From NCBI GenBank assembly GCA_020635715.1, contig JACJZG010000007.1, forward strand, positions 61,771 through 125,770: DNA of 64,000 nucleotides. The letters are read 5' to 3'. Positions 51,318 to 59,149 of the stretch are shown one piece after another; the first letter of the stretch is position 1; each line of letters starts with the position of its first letter. Origin of the DNA: Flavobacteriales bacterium. GTDB taxonomy: Bacteria; Bacteroidota; Bacteroidia; Flavobacteriales_F; PHOS-HE28. Position numbers and translations under genes: made by a program. The notes beneath the pieces were generated by a model. It saw nothing but the letters and a program-made list of their open reading frames with translations, had not been told where the DNA came from and ran no database searches.

Positions 51318-51429
51318 GGCGCGAAGGTCGGATGTTCGGGATGAGCCTATGCCGGGCCAGAACGCAGGGTCCCCGAGGACGGGAGATCCTGCGGAGGTTA
51401 AAGACTATATTCCCACACTCAGAAGGCGC

Positions 51430-52518
51430 ATGGCATATTTCGACAACGCCAACATCGATGAAGAGGAGCGCAGAAACCACGCGTTCCAAGCAGTATGTGC
51501 AGTTCGCGAAGGTGTTAGTCTTGCGCGCAACGCCGGTCAGTCAATAACCTATGATCAGGCCTTCGATTTTATATATGAGATTAATCCGACCGCCCACGCT
51601 GGCATCATTCAGCTCTTGCTGCATCGGAACGACAATGACCTAGCACGCCGATTCAAAGAAACCGCACAGCTACTGTCCACGCCAGACAGGGTCGTGAATC
51701 CGGTGGACCTGATCAATGAGGAAATCTTGAAGCAACAGGCTATCATTAAAGACAAGAAGGATAAGGCCCAGCACACGATATCTTACATCAATCGACTCAT
51801 TGCCGCCCGAGACTACTTCGAACCGAGTGAGTTTCAATCAGAGAACCGAATTCTCAACCATGACATGTTTCTCCGTCAAAGGGCTGATGTTGTTCATCAG
51901 CTGTACAGCCATGATCACTATCAAGATTATGCGCTAGATAATCACCAGGTACTTAGGATGCGATTACTTCATCCGGACAAGGCAGAGGATATCCTAGGGG
52001 TGGACTTGATTTATGAGATTCACGATTTGAGCAAGATGAAGGTTCGATTTGTGCATCTTCAGTACAAGATGTGGGATGGTAAGGAACTCTATTTCTCGTC
52101 TTCAAAGAGTTTACGGAGCCAACTTGAAAAGATGGACTCGTGCCTCTGCAAGGCTGGTCACTGCTCTGACGCCAGCGGGCGTAAGTCGAATGACAGTTTT
52201 CGATTTCCTTTCTGTGCAGGATTCCTTCGTCCGACTAGCAAAATTCAGGATGCGAACAGCAAATTGGTGACCTCGGGCATTCATGTGCCGGCGTGTTTGG
52301 CAAACCGCTTGGCACAGACGTCCGTCAAGATTGACAAACCAGGAATTGCGCAGAGCTACATCAGTCATCACGTATTCGAAGAGGCATTCAACACGAACAT
52401 TCTCGGTTCGAAATGGATTGACCTCGATGATCTAAAGAAATTCTATGAGGACAAGGGCATTCTGAGTTACACTGATCGCATACGGATACACGCACAGCAA
52501 TTTGACCTCAGTTCTTGA
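51430..52518 (+). CDS. hypothetical protein, low-GC (~45%), candidate PD-(D/E)xK-like nuclease-fold protein with a Cys cluster (possible defence/abortive-infection gene)
   Basis: 362 aa from MAYFDNANI…; AT-rich codon usage unlike the rest of the window; …GVDLIYEIHDLSKMKVRFVHLQYKMW… resembles a D…(E/Q)xK nuclease core; CLCKAGHC…FPFCAGF Cys-rich segment. Confidence 0.5.
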   Translation: MAYFDNANIDEEERRNHAFQAVCAVREGVSLARNAGQSITYDQAFDFIYEINPTAHAGIIQLLLHRNDNDLARRFKETAQLLSTPDRVVNPVDLINEEILKQQAIIKDKKDKAQHTISYINRLIAARDYFEPSEFQSENRILNHDMFLRQRADVVHQLYSHDHYQDYALDNHQVLRMRLLHPDKAEDILGVDLIYEIHDLSKMKVRFVHLQYKMWDGKELYFSSSKSLRSQLEKMDSCLCKAGHCSDASGRKSNDSFRFPFCAGFLRPTSKIQDANSKLVTSGIHVPACLANRLAQTSVKIDKPGIAQSYISHHVFEEAFNTNILGSKWIDLDDLKKFYEDKGILSYTDRIRIHAQQFDLSS

Positions 52519-52654
52519 GATGCATTGTGAATCTGCATGCGCGATTGTAGCGGAAAGCCCACTGGCTGCTAATCCAGCCGAAGTCTTGTAGAGAAAAGCG
52601 CGACGGTGAGTCTCCTAGCCACCGGCACGCCCAGACATTCACGAAGCAAGTGTT

Positions 52655-52735
52655 CTACGACTGATCGAGCTTCTTCACCATCGTCAAGATCGCCGCCAAC
52701 GCCACGGTCTCGCTTCTCATTGATCACCGCGCTGT
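52655..52735 (-). repeat. degenerate copy of paaZ 3'-terminal segment (type II subfamily; 2-nt deletion and mutated stop region)
   Basis: …cttcaccatcgtcaagatcgccgccaacgccacggtctcg-cttctcattgatcac… aligns to copies at 54162 and 56446. Confidence 0.7.
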
Positions 52736-53040
52736 AATCCCTTGTTCACGCTATTCAGCGAATCAATTGTGACGACGTAGCCGCTCATGATGCTGCGCAG
52801 GACCTTCGCTTCCATCATGGCTTTATCCAGATCGTAAGTTCCGCGGTTCAAGGCGGCTCGTAATGAATCGATCTGAGCGCGTTGCACGTTCATCTCGAAC
52901 GCGATCTGCTCATTCTCTACTGACAGTGCGTTGTACTGCTCGAGCATGGAACCCAGCAGGTGCTTGAGGGAGTCGCAGTTGGATTGTGCGCTCAAGGTGG
53001 TGGAGCAGAGGAGGAGGAAAGGTAGAAGGAGGGGACGCAT
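52717..53040 (-). CDS. hypothetical secreted coiled-coil protein
   Basis: start at MRPLLLPFLLLCSTTLSAQ signal; lower GC. Confidence 0.4.
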   Translation of the reverse strand: MRPLLLPFLLLCSTTLSAQSNCDSLKHLLGSMLEQYNALSVENEQIAFEMNVQRAQIDSLRAALNRGTYDLDKAMMEAKVLRSIMSGYVVTIDSLNSVNKGLQRGDQ

Positions 53041-53121
53041 GGATGTCTTTGTCTTAGCTGCGGTGGTTGTAAAGATCTGGACAACGCTATGGTCTCGTGG
53101 TCGCATACTTCTCTTTCTCCT

Positions 53122-53685
53122 TCACACGGCAGCGATCGCCAGTCGCCACCCTTCCCGTGTCTCGTGGGCGTAGAGATGGAGGGCGATATCGCTCCCGCAG
53201 CCCATGCCGAAGTCGCGTGCGAAGAAGGCAAGGAACCCTTGCGAGGGGAGGAAGCGTCGGTGGTCGGTATCGGCGATCATGGTCTTGAGCGCCGGGGTAA
53301 AGAGGAAGTCGTACCGCTCCAGGGCATTGGCGGCGGTCATTTCGGTACCGCGGTGTTCGGCTTCGTGCTGCGCGAAGTAGGCGGTATCGCAGGTCACGGA
53401 GAAGTTCCACTCGTGAACGAGGAGTTGATGGATGGGATAGTCAAGCATGGCCACGACCTCGGTCCGGCGGTCGGCCAGCACGGCATGCTGAAAGCGTTGC
53501 CAGAACTGCGCGAGGGCGACGCTGTCGATCGGGATCTCTTCGCAACCGCCCTGGAAGGGAAGTTGCTCTTCCGGCAATGGGGTCTCTTCCAGCGCCGGGT
53601 TCGTACAGGCCAGTGTGAGGCAACTGATGATCAGGGAAAGGAGTAGCGCAGTGCGCAGCTTGGTCCGTCGTGCACAGCTTTCCAT
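53122..53685 (-). CDS. hypothetical lipoprotein
   Basis: lipobox LIISCLTLAC; lower GC. Confidence 0.42.
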   Translation of the reverse strand: MESCARRTKLRTALLLSLIISCLTLACTNPALEETPLPEEQLPFQGGCEEIPIDSVALAQFWQRFQHAVLADRRTEVVAMLDYPIHQLLVHEWNFSVTCDTAYFAQHEAEHRGTEMTAANALERYDFLFTPALKTMIADTDHRRFLPSQGFLAFFARDFGMGCGSDIALHLYAHETREGWRLAIAAV

Positions 53686-54128
53686 CAGTAAGTCGTATGC
53701 CAGTTGATGAAGTGGTTCCTCAGATCCTTCAACATCGCTCGCGTATAGATATCGTAGAGCTTCCCATTCGAGCTGAAGTAGGCAACGACCACCACGAAGG
53801 ACTTCGTGTAGATGAACTCATAGGTGGACCGGTCGTCGGGCGGGAAGAAGGCCTCCACGCTATCGGATACCGCCTTGTTGAAGAAATGGAGGCTCACGCC
53901 TTCGTTGTCCCCATCCTCCCGCGCCGTTAAGGGAGTGAAGAGATGGGCCGTGTATGCCTTCGTGCGTTTGCCGCCGATGGGGAACTCATGTACGCCCCAG
54001 TCACTGACCGTCCAGTCATTCGACAGTTCGTAGTCGAGTTGGGCAAGGCGTGCTCGTTGCTCACTATTCAGCTGTGCATGGAGGGTCGTTGCTAACCTTA
54101 GAAAGCCGATCAGAATGAGACATCGCAT
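53685..54128 (-). CDS. hypothetical secreted protein
   Basis: signal MRCLILIGFLRLATTLHAQ; lower GC (~45%). Confidence 0.42.
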   Translation of the reverse strand: MRCLILIGFLRLATTLHAQLNSEQRARLAQLDYELSNDWTVSDWGVHEFPIGGKRTKAYTAHLFTPLTAREDGDNEGVSLHFFNKAVSDSVEAFFPPDDRSTYEFIYTKSFVVVVAYFSSNGKLYDIYTRAMLKDLRNHFINWHTTY

Positions 54129-54161
54129 GCTCTTTGAACGCGACGGGAAAGACTGGATTGT

Positions 54162-54295
54162 TCAGTTCTGATCGATCCTCTTCACCATCGTCAAGATCGT
54201 CGCCAAGGCCACGGTCTCGCCGGTCTCATCGATCACAGCCTGTCCCGCCTTAGCGGAATTCACCAGCCACTTCACGATGCCTTTGTTACATGCGT
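54162..54295 (-). repeat. copy of paaZ 3'-terminal segment (encodes …GIVKWLV…VIDETGETVALATILTMVKRIDQN*), forming the end of a 62-aa ORF
   Basis: nucleotide and peptide identity to the paaZ C-terminus. Confidence 0.8.
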
Positions 54296-54778
54296 GTCCC
54301 CAAAAGCACTCCTTACATTGTCCGTGTCGCCCCAAAGTCGGCTTGCGCACCAGCTCGCAAGAAGGAGGGCGACGAGGTTAAGCCCTACGAATGAATCCAT
54401 GGGCTGTTGCCAGCTCACAAGAAAGGCGGACAGGCTGAACTTGAACTGCACGATGAGCGGTTCTTTCAACGGAACACCGACAACTAATGCAAGACCCGAA
54501 AAGAACTTGTAGGTGAAGACCTGGTCCACGGAGAAGGTGAAGACCTGGGTGAGTTGGATCAGGAATGCAAGGCGGAGAAATGCACCGGACCGCGCCTTCA
54601 AGCCCACGTATCCGCAATAGGCGGAAAGAAGGAAGAATAGAAATGCTGCGAAACAGACAAGCAGTTCCTCCGTCGAGAGCTCATTGCCCTGCAGCACCAT
54701 GATAATGACCAAGGCGCAGCCGAGGACCCCGCCAGCCAAATGATAGTAGGCCAGAAGTCTTGCTTGCGCCGGTTTCAT
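54272..54778 (-). CDS. hypothetical membrane protein (5-6 TM)
   Basis: 168-aa hydrophobic ORF. Confidence 0.42.
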   Translation of the reverse strand: MKPAQARLLAYYHLAGGVLGCALVIIMVLQGNELSTEELLVCFAAFLFFLLSAYCGYVGLKARSGAFLRLAFLIQLTQVFTFSVDQVFTYKFFSGLALVVGVPLKEPLIVQFKFSLSAFLVSWQQPMDSFVGLNLVALLLASWCASRLWGDTDNVRSAFGDTHVTKAS

Positions 54779-54784
54779 TTAGTC

Positions 54785-54925
54785 AGGTTGCTCAATTATC
54801 AACTTCATTCGGCTGGATCGTCGCCAGCATCGCCTTCGCGTAGCCGCTGCGGCGGAGCAAGGCGCCACGGTCTCGCCGGTCTCATCGACCACGTCCAAGA
54901 AGACTTCGAAGCATACGGTTCCATG
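54785..54925 (-). repeat. diverged copy of paaZ 3'-terminal segment with ~35-nt insertion
   Basis: …gcgccacggtctcgccggtctcatcgaccacgtcc… encoding …VFLDVVDETGETVA…. Confidence 0.7.
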
Positions 54926-54942
54926 TCTATTGGGGCGATGGG

Positions 54943-55206
54943 TTAATTGATCAGGTGCCATATGACAGCGAACGGCAGCACTAAGAAGAGAGCGAACCAC
55001 AACTCGATGTGGAGCTTGCGGGCGGGATTCTTCGGGAAGAACCGAAGGAGTAGAAGGCCATAGATCGTGTACAACGCTAGGAACCCCAGGCACAGCAGGA
55101 GTGCATGTCCTGAGAACATCGTATCTCCTGCGTTGTCGGCCGCAACGATCAGCATGCCGATCACCGCAGGGTTGATGGCAACCAATGCGTATGACCTCCA
55201 CTTCAT
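54943..55206 (-). CDS. hypothetical small membrane protein (3 TM)
   Basis: 87-aa hydrophobic ORF. Confidence 0.4.
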   Translation of the reverse strand: MKWRSYALVAINPAVIGMLIVAADNAGDTMFSGHALLLCLGFLALYTIYGLLLLRFFPKNPARKLHIELWFALFLVLPFAVIWHLIN

Positions 55207-55218
55207 CGCAATACGAGG

Positions 55219-55695
55219 TCAGTTCTGATCCAGTTTCTTGACCATCGTAAGAATGGTTGCCAACGCAACCGTTTCCCCCGTTTCATCCACCACATCCACC
55301 AACCACTTCACGATCCCCCGCGCCACATCCGCGCCCTTGGGTGAGTCGGCGGTCTTCGGCCGTTTCTTCCGCCCTCGCCAAAGCGCTTCGGCGGACGAAG
55401 CCTGATCGAGCTTCTCGCGGCAGGTGAACTTCACCTGCCCCGGGTCAAGCTCGGGGTGACAGGTGGAGCCGGGGTAGATGGGTCCCGCTGAGGCGGGATT
55501 TCGCTGCCGCTCAACTTGCGAGCGGCATTCCTCGATGCCGTAGTTGAGGAGCACCGGGCTTTTTGGCGGGGCCACGCCCTTTGGCAGGCTGAGGGTGTGG
55601 CCAGCGGTACGGCTGGGCACGACGGCTGTTCGCGGAACGTGATAAGCTTGCGCCGGGCCATGACCCAGGGCGAAGCGGGGCGCGTTCATGCTCAT
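55219..55695 (-). pseudogene. partial duplicate of the paaZ 3' end (~380 nt; MaoC hot-dog C-terminal region with indels), read-through ORF of 158 aa
   Basis: …PPKSPVLLNYGIEECR…IYPGST…VKFTCREKLDQ…KRPKTADSPKGADVARGIVKWLVDVVDETGETVALATILTMVKKLDQN aligns to PaaZ residues ~575-688 with three insertions; ~90% nt identity over the last 200 nt. Confidence 0.75.
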
Positions 55696-56042
55696 CGGAC
55701 CGTGATGCCATTACGGTCCAACTCGATCAAGCCCCCGTCTTTAAGCGCTTCGCACATCAGGTCGAGGTAGTTCATGATGAGGAGGATCAGCTCGGAGTTC
55801 CGGATGTTGCCTGTACCCACATACACCAACCGCTTCGGTTCTCCCTTCACCTCGTAAGCAGCGATGAAATCGGCATCCTTGGTCACGACCACCGCCCCTT
55901 CGCGGTCGGCGTGTGCGATGATGGCCTGGTCCGTGGTGAGATGCCCTTGCGGCAACTCTGAAGCATGAAGGGCGTGATGGCCGCGCTTCTTGAACGCCGT
56001 GGCCAGCTGATGCGGCAGCTGGGTGTCCACCAGCCAGTTCAC
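55692..56042 (-). CDS. DUF5615 family PIN-like toxin-like protein
   Basis: 116 aa; conserved MNWLVDTQLP… N-terminus; paired with upstream DUF433 gene (4-bp overlap). Confidence 0.62.
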   Translation of the reverse strand: MNWLVDTQLPHQLATAFKKRGHHALHASELPQGHLTTDQAIIAHADREGAVVVTKDADFIAAYEVKGEPKRLVYVGTGNIRNSELILLIMNYLDLMCEALKDGGLIELDRNGITVR

Positions 56043-56281
56043 TGCGCCGCGCGGTGGATGGATTTCACCTCGGTGACCTTGGCTGCGAATGCCAGGCAGG
56101 CCAGGAAGTCATCCTTCTCCAATTCGGGATGGTCGCGCATGATATCCTCGGTGCTCATGCCACTGGCCATCAGCTCCAACACGTTCTGAACTGGCCAGCG
56201 CATGCCGCGCACCACAGCCTTGCCGTGGCAGATGTTCGGATCGGTGGTAATGCGGGAAAGAAGGTCGACAGGACTGCTCAT
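56039..56281 (-). CDS. DUF433 domain protein (antitoxin-like partner of DUF5615)
   Basis: 80 aa; …ITTDPNICHGKAVVRGMRWPV… DUF433 core. Confidence 0.62.
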   Translation of the reverse strand: MSSPVDLLSRITTDPNICHGKAVVRGMRWPVQNVLELMASGMSTEDIMRDHPELEKDDFLACLAFAAKVTEVKSIHRAAQ

Positions 56282-56291
56282 GCTATCAAAG

Positions 56292-56441
56292 TTAGGTGGT
56301 CTTCGGCCTTGCGGCGCTCAGCACTTCGGTCAAGGACCTTCGCTTGAGCTTGCCGGTACGGATGCGCTCCACTTGCACCAAAGCCTTTGCGAGCTTGCTG
56401 CGTAGTTCCTGAACTTGCCGTTGGTGCCTCGTATGCACCAT
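56292..56441 (-). CDS. hypothetical basic 49-aa protein, first gene of the DUF433/DUF5615 unit
   Basis: MVHTRHQRQVQELRSKLAKALVQVERIRTGKLKRRSLTEVLSAARPKTT; 10-nt spacing to DUF433 start; not in supplied ORF track (under 60 aa). Confidence 0.25.
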   Translation of the reverse strand: MVHTRHQRQVQELRSKLAKALVQVERIRTGKLKRRSLTEVLSAARPKTT

Positions 56442-56445
56442 GTGT

Positions 56446-56538
56446 TCAGTTCTGATCAAGCTTCTTTAAAATCGTGAGGATAGTGGCCAGTGCCACGGTC
56501 TCGCCCGTTTCATCCACCACGTCCACCACGTACTTCAT
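56446..56538 (-). repeat. copy of paaZ 3'-terminal segment forming a 30-aa mini-ORF (MKYVVDVVDETGETVALATILTILKKLDQN*)
   Basis: nucleotide and peptide identity to paaZ C-terminus. Confidence 0.8.
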
Positions 56539-56539
56539 T

Positions 56540-56998
56540 TCAGATCGCTAGTTCAGGCACAAAGCCTGTGAGGACTTCCTTCACAGTCCCGGAACGCTTC
56601 TCTACGGTGAATCCATCTGCCAGTACTTCAAGCATGTCATCATGGAAGCAGAGGATGTAGTGCTTCACAGAAGCCCATCGCGTTGGGTCGTATCGGTCAT
56701 GCACGCTGTGGACCTTCTGCAGTTCCTTCAGCCAAGCTGAATTCTCCACCTCGTGAGCGCTGTAGGGATCAAGGCCCTTCCCATAAAGTGGGTGCCCGGA
56801 TAGGATCTCATCGTTGATCCCGCTGAACCGATGAGCCCGATCGCGATGGAAGGTAACAACGCCAACGCTTTCCTCTTCTTCAAGGGCAACGTTGTACAAA
56901 AGGGTCAAACCTCTATCGCTGGCAAGAACCACCGGGCAAGTTGCACCCGCGCTCCATTTCGGCTCCCAAGCAATGACACGCGCCCGCTCCATGATCAA
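56540..56998 (-). CDS. hypothetical protein (152 aa), start overlapping paaZ stop by 4 bp
   Basis: clean ORF, no motif recognised. Confidence 0.45.
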   Translation of the reverse strand: MIMERARVIAWEPKWSAGATCPVVLASDRGLTLLYNVALEEEESVGVVTFHRDRAHRFSGINDEILSGHPLYGKGLDPYSAHEVENSAWLKELQKVHSVHDRYDPTRWASVKHYILCFHDDMLEVLADGFTVEKRSGTVKEVLTGFVPELAI

Positions 56999-59061
56999 TT
57001 CTGATCCAGCTTCTTCACCATGGTGAGGATAGTGGCCAAGGCAACCGTTTCCCCAGTTTCATCAACCACATCCACCAGCCACTTCACGATCCCCCGCGCC
57101 ACATCCGCACCCTTCGGTGAGTCGGCGGTCTTCGGCCGTTTCTCCTGGTCCAGCTTCTCCCTGCACGTGAACTTCACCTTGATCGTTGATCCCGGGTACA
57201 CCGGCTTCAAGAAGCGGCACTCCTCGATGCCGTAGTTGAGGAGCACCGGGCCCTTCGGTGGATCCACGAAGAGGCCCGCCGCCCGGCTGAGGATGAAGTA
57301 GCCATGCGCCACGCGACCGGTGAAGGGCGTGCCGTCCAAGGCGTTCTCATCCATGTGCGCATAGAAGCGGTCGCCGCTCAGCGCGGCGAAGTCCTCGATG
57401 TTCTGCAGCGTCACCAGGTGGGTCTCACTGATCAGCGTGTCGCCGATGTTCAGCTCTTCGAAGTGCAGCTGGAAGGGATGCTTCTCGGTGATGTGGTAGG
57501 TGGCGCCCTGCTGGTATTGCTGGGTGAGGGCGGTGATCATGCTGGGGTGGCCCTGGATGGCGGTGCGCTGCAGGTAGTGCATCACGCCGCGCTTGCCGCC
57601 CATCTCTTCGCCGCCGCCCGCGCGACCGGGCCCTCCGTGTACCAATGTGGCCAACGGACTGCCGTGGCCGGTGTTCTCCTTGGCCATGTCGCGGTTGAGC
57701 ACCAGCATGCGGCCGTGGTGGCTGGCCGCGCCCCAGACGAATTGTTGCGCGTACTTGTCGTTGTGCGTGGCGATGGTTGCCACGAGCGAGCCCTTGCCGA
57801 GCTTGCTGAGCGCCACGGCATCGTCGAGGTCCTTGTAGGGCATCAAGGTGCTCACCGGACCGAAGGCCTCCACGTTGTGGCTCACCTGGTTCTTCCAGGG
57901 ATCGTTGTTGTAGAGCAGGATGGGGCTCATGAAGGCACCCTTCGCCGCGTCGGCACCGGTCACGTTCACGCTGTCCGGATCGCCGAAGACCACTTGCGAA
58001 CCTTTCAGCAGTTCGCCGAGCGCGCGCTTCACTTCCTCGCGCTGCGTCTTCCCCGCCAGCGCGCCCATGCGTACACCTTCCGCACGCGGGTCGCCGATCA
58101 CGGTGCTGCCGAGGCGCTTGCCCAGGGCGATCTGCACATCCTCCAGCACGTTCTCGGGCACCATGATGCGCCGCGCGCCGGTGCAGCGTTGGCCGCACTT
58201 GAGCGTGATCTCGCGCGTGACCTCCTTGATGAAGAGGTCGAACTCCTCGGTGCCCGGCACGGCGTCGGGGCCGAGCACGATGGCGTTGAGGCTGTCGGCC
58301 TCCATGTTGAAGGGCACGCTCTCGTCCACGATGCGTGGGTGGCGCTTGAGCATGCGGCCCGTGCTGGCGCTGCCGGTGAAGGTGACCACGTCCTGCTGCA
58401 TCACGTGGTCCAGCAGCCCATCGGCGCTGCCGCAGATGAGCTGGATGGCGCCCTCGGGCACGATGCCGCTGGCCACGATGTCCTTCACCATGGCCTCGGT
58501 GAGGTAGCTGGTGACGGTGGCGGGCTTCACCACGGCGGGCACGCCGGCCATCCAGTTCACCGCCACCTTCTCCAGCATGCCCCAGATGGGGAAGTTGAAG
58601 GCGTTGATGTGCACGGCCACGCCCTCCTTGGGCACCATGATGTGGTGACCGATGAAGGTGCCGTTCTTGCTGGTCTTGATGGCCTCGCCGTCCACATAGA
58701 AGGGCATGTTGCCCAGCGTGCGGCGCAGGCTCGCGTTGGCGAAGAGGTTGCCGATGCCGCCCTCGATGTCCACCCAGCTATCGGGCTTGGTGGCGCCGGT
58801 CTTGTAGCTGATCTGGTAGTACTTGTCCTTGCGCTCCATCAGGTGGAGGGCGAGGGCCTTGAGCATGCGGCCCCGCTCGGGGAAGGTCATTTTACGCAGG
58901 GGTGGGCCGCCCACCTCACGGCCGTACTTCAGCATCGCGCCGAAGTCGAGTCCGCCGGAGGAGGTGGTGGCGATCAGTTCGCCGGTGGAGGCGTCAACGA
59001 GTTCCGCTTGCTTGCCTGAACCGGCCACCCATTGGCCAGCGATGTAGTTCTTCAGTTGCAT
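56995..59061 (-). CDS. paaZ: bifunctional aldehyde dehydrogenase / enoyl-CoA hydratase (MaoC hot-dog) PaaZ
   Basis: 688 aa; N-terminal ALDH fold; C-terminal MaoC hot-dog (…GDTLISETHLV…, terminal β-strands RGIVKWLVDVVDETGETVALATILTMVKK). Confidence 0.85.
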   Translation of the reverse strand: MQLKNYIAGQWVAGSGKQAELVDASTGELIATTSSGGLDFGAMLKYGREVGGPPLRKMTFPERGRMLKALALHLMERKDKYYQISYKTGATKPDSWVDIEGGIGNLFANASLRRTLGNMPFYVDGEAIKTSKNGTFIGHHIMVPKEGVAVHINAFNFPIWGMLEKVAVNWMAGVPAVVKPATVTSYLTEAMVKDIVASGIVPEGAIQLICGSADGLLDHVMQQDVVTFTGSASTGRMLKRHPRIVDESVPFNMEADSLNAIVLGPDAVPGTEEFDLFIKEVTREITLKCGQRCTGARRIMVPENVLEDVQIALGKRLGSTVIGDPRAEGVRMGALAGKTQREEVKRALGELLKGSQVVFGDPDSVNVTGADAAKGAFMSPILLYNNDPWKNQVSHNVEAFGPVSTLMPYKDLDDAVALSKLGKGSLVATIATHNDKYAQQFVWGAASHHGRMLVLNRDMAKENTGHGSPLATLVHGGPGRAGGGEEMGGKRGVMHYLQRTAIQGHPSMITALTQQYQQGATYHITEKHPFQLHFEELNIGDTLISETHLVTLQNIEDFAALSGDRFYAHMDENALDGTPFTGRVAHGYFILSRAAGLFVDPPKGPVLLNYGIEECRFLKPVYPGSTIKVKFTCREKLDQEKRPKTADSPKGADVARGIVKWLVDVVDETGETVALATILTMVKKLDQN

Positions 59062-59149
59062 GGGAGCGAAGTTCGGGAGGAAAGGCTATCCGCCGATGGC
59101 GCAGATGACACAGATGAATGCCAAGCTGTTCTGAGCTATCTGTGACATC

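Larger units (their letters stand above)
51330..56995. other. lower-GC accessory region abutting the paaZ 3' end; cassette-array-like: units of 1-3 small ORFs, each terminated by a copy of the paaZ 3'-terminal coding segment; no integrase in window
   Basis: visible GC drop (~45-55% vs ~65%), five partial paaZ 3'-end copies in direct orientation, tightly packed co-oriented ORFs. Confidence 0.55.

Noticed and set aside
51289-51429. Upstream extension of the low-GC ORF (MAWSERVLGMARRSDVRD…)
   Set aside because: High-GC Arg-rich sequence antisense to the aminotransferase start; real start taken at the ATG where GC drops (51430).
54779-55201. 140-aa minus-strand ORF
   Set aside because: N-terminal 100 aa are an alternative-frame read across the 87-aa membrane-protein gene. 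Only its last ~20 codons (…VFLDVVDETGETVA…) are meaningful, as part of the paaZ-3' repeat.
52650-57080. Polymorphic-toxin C-terminal displacement (Rhs/CDI-like orphan CT/immunity modules) as explanation for the repeats
   Set aside because: The repeated segment is the 3' end of a metabolic enzyme gene (paaZ MaoC domain), not a pre-toxin conserved region, and it lies at the 3' end rather than the 5' end of each unit.
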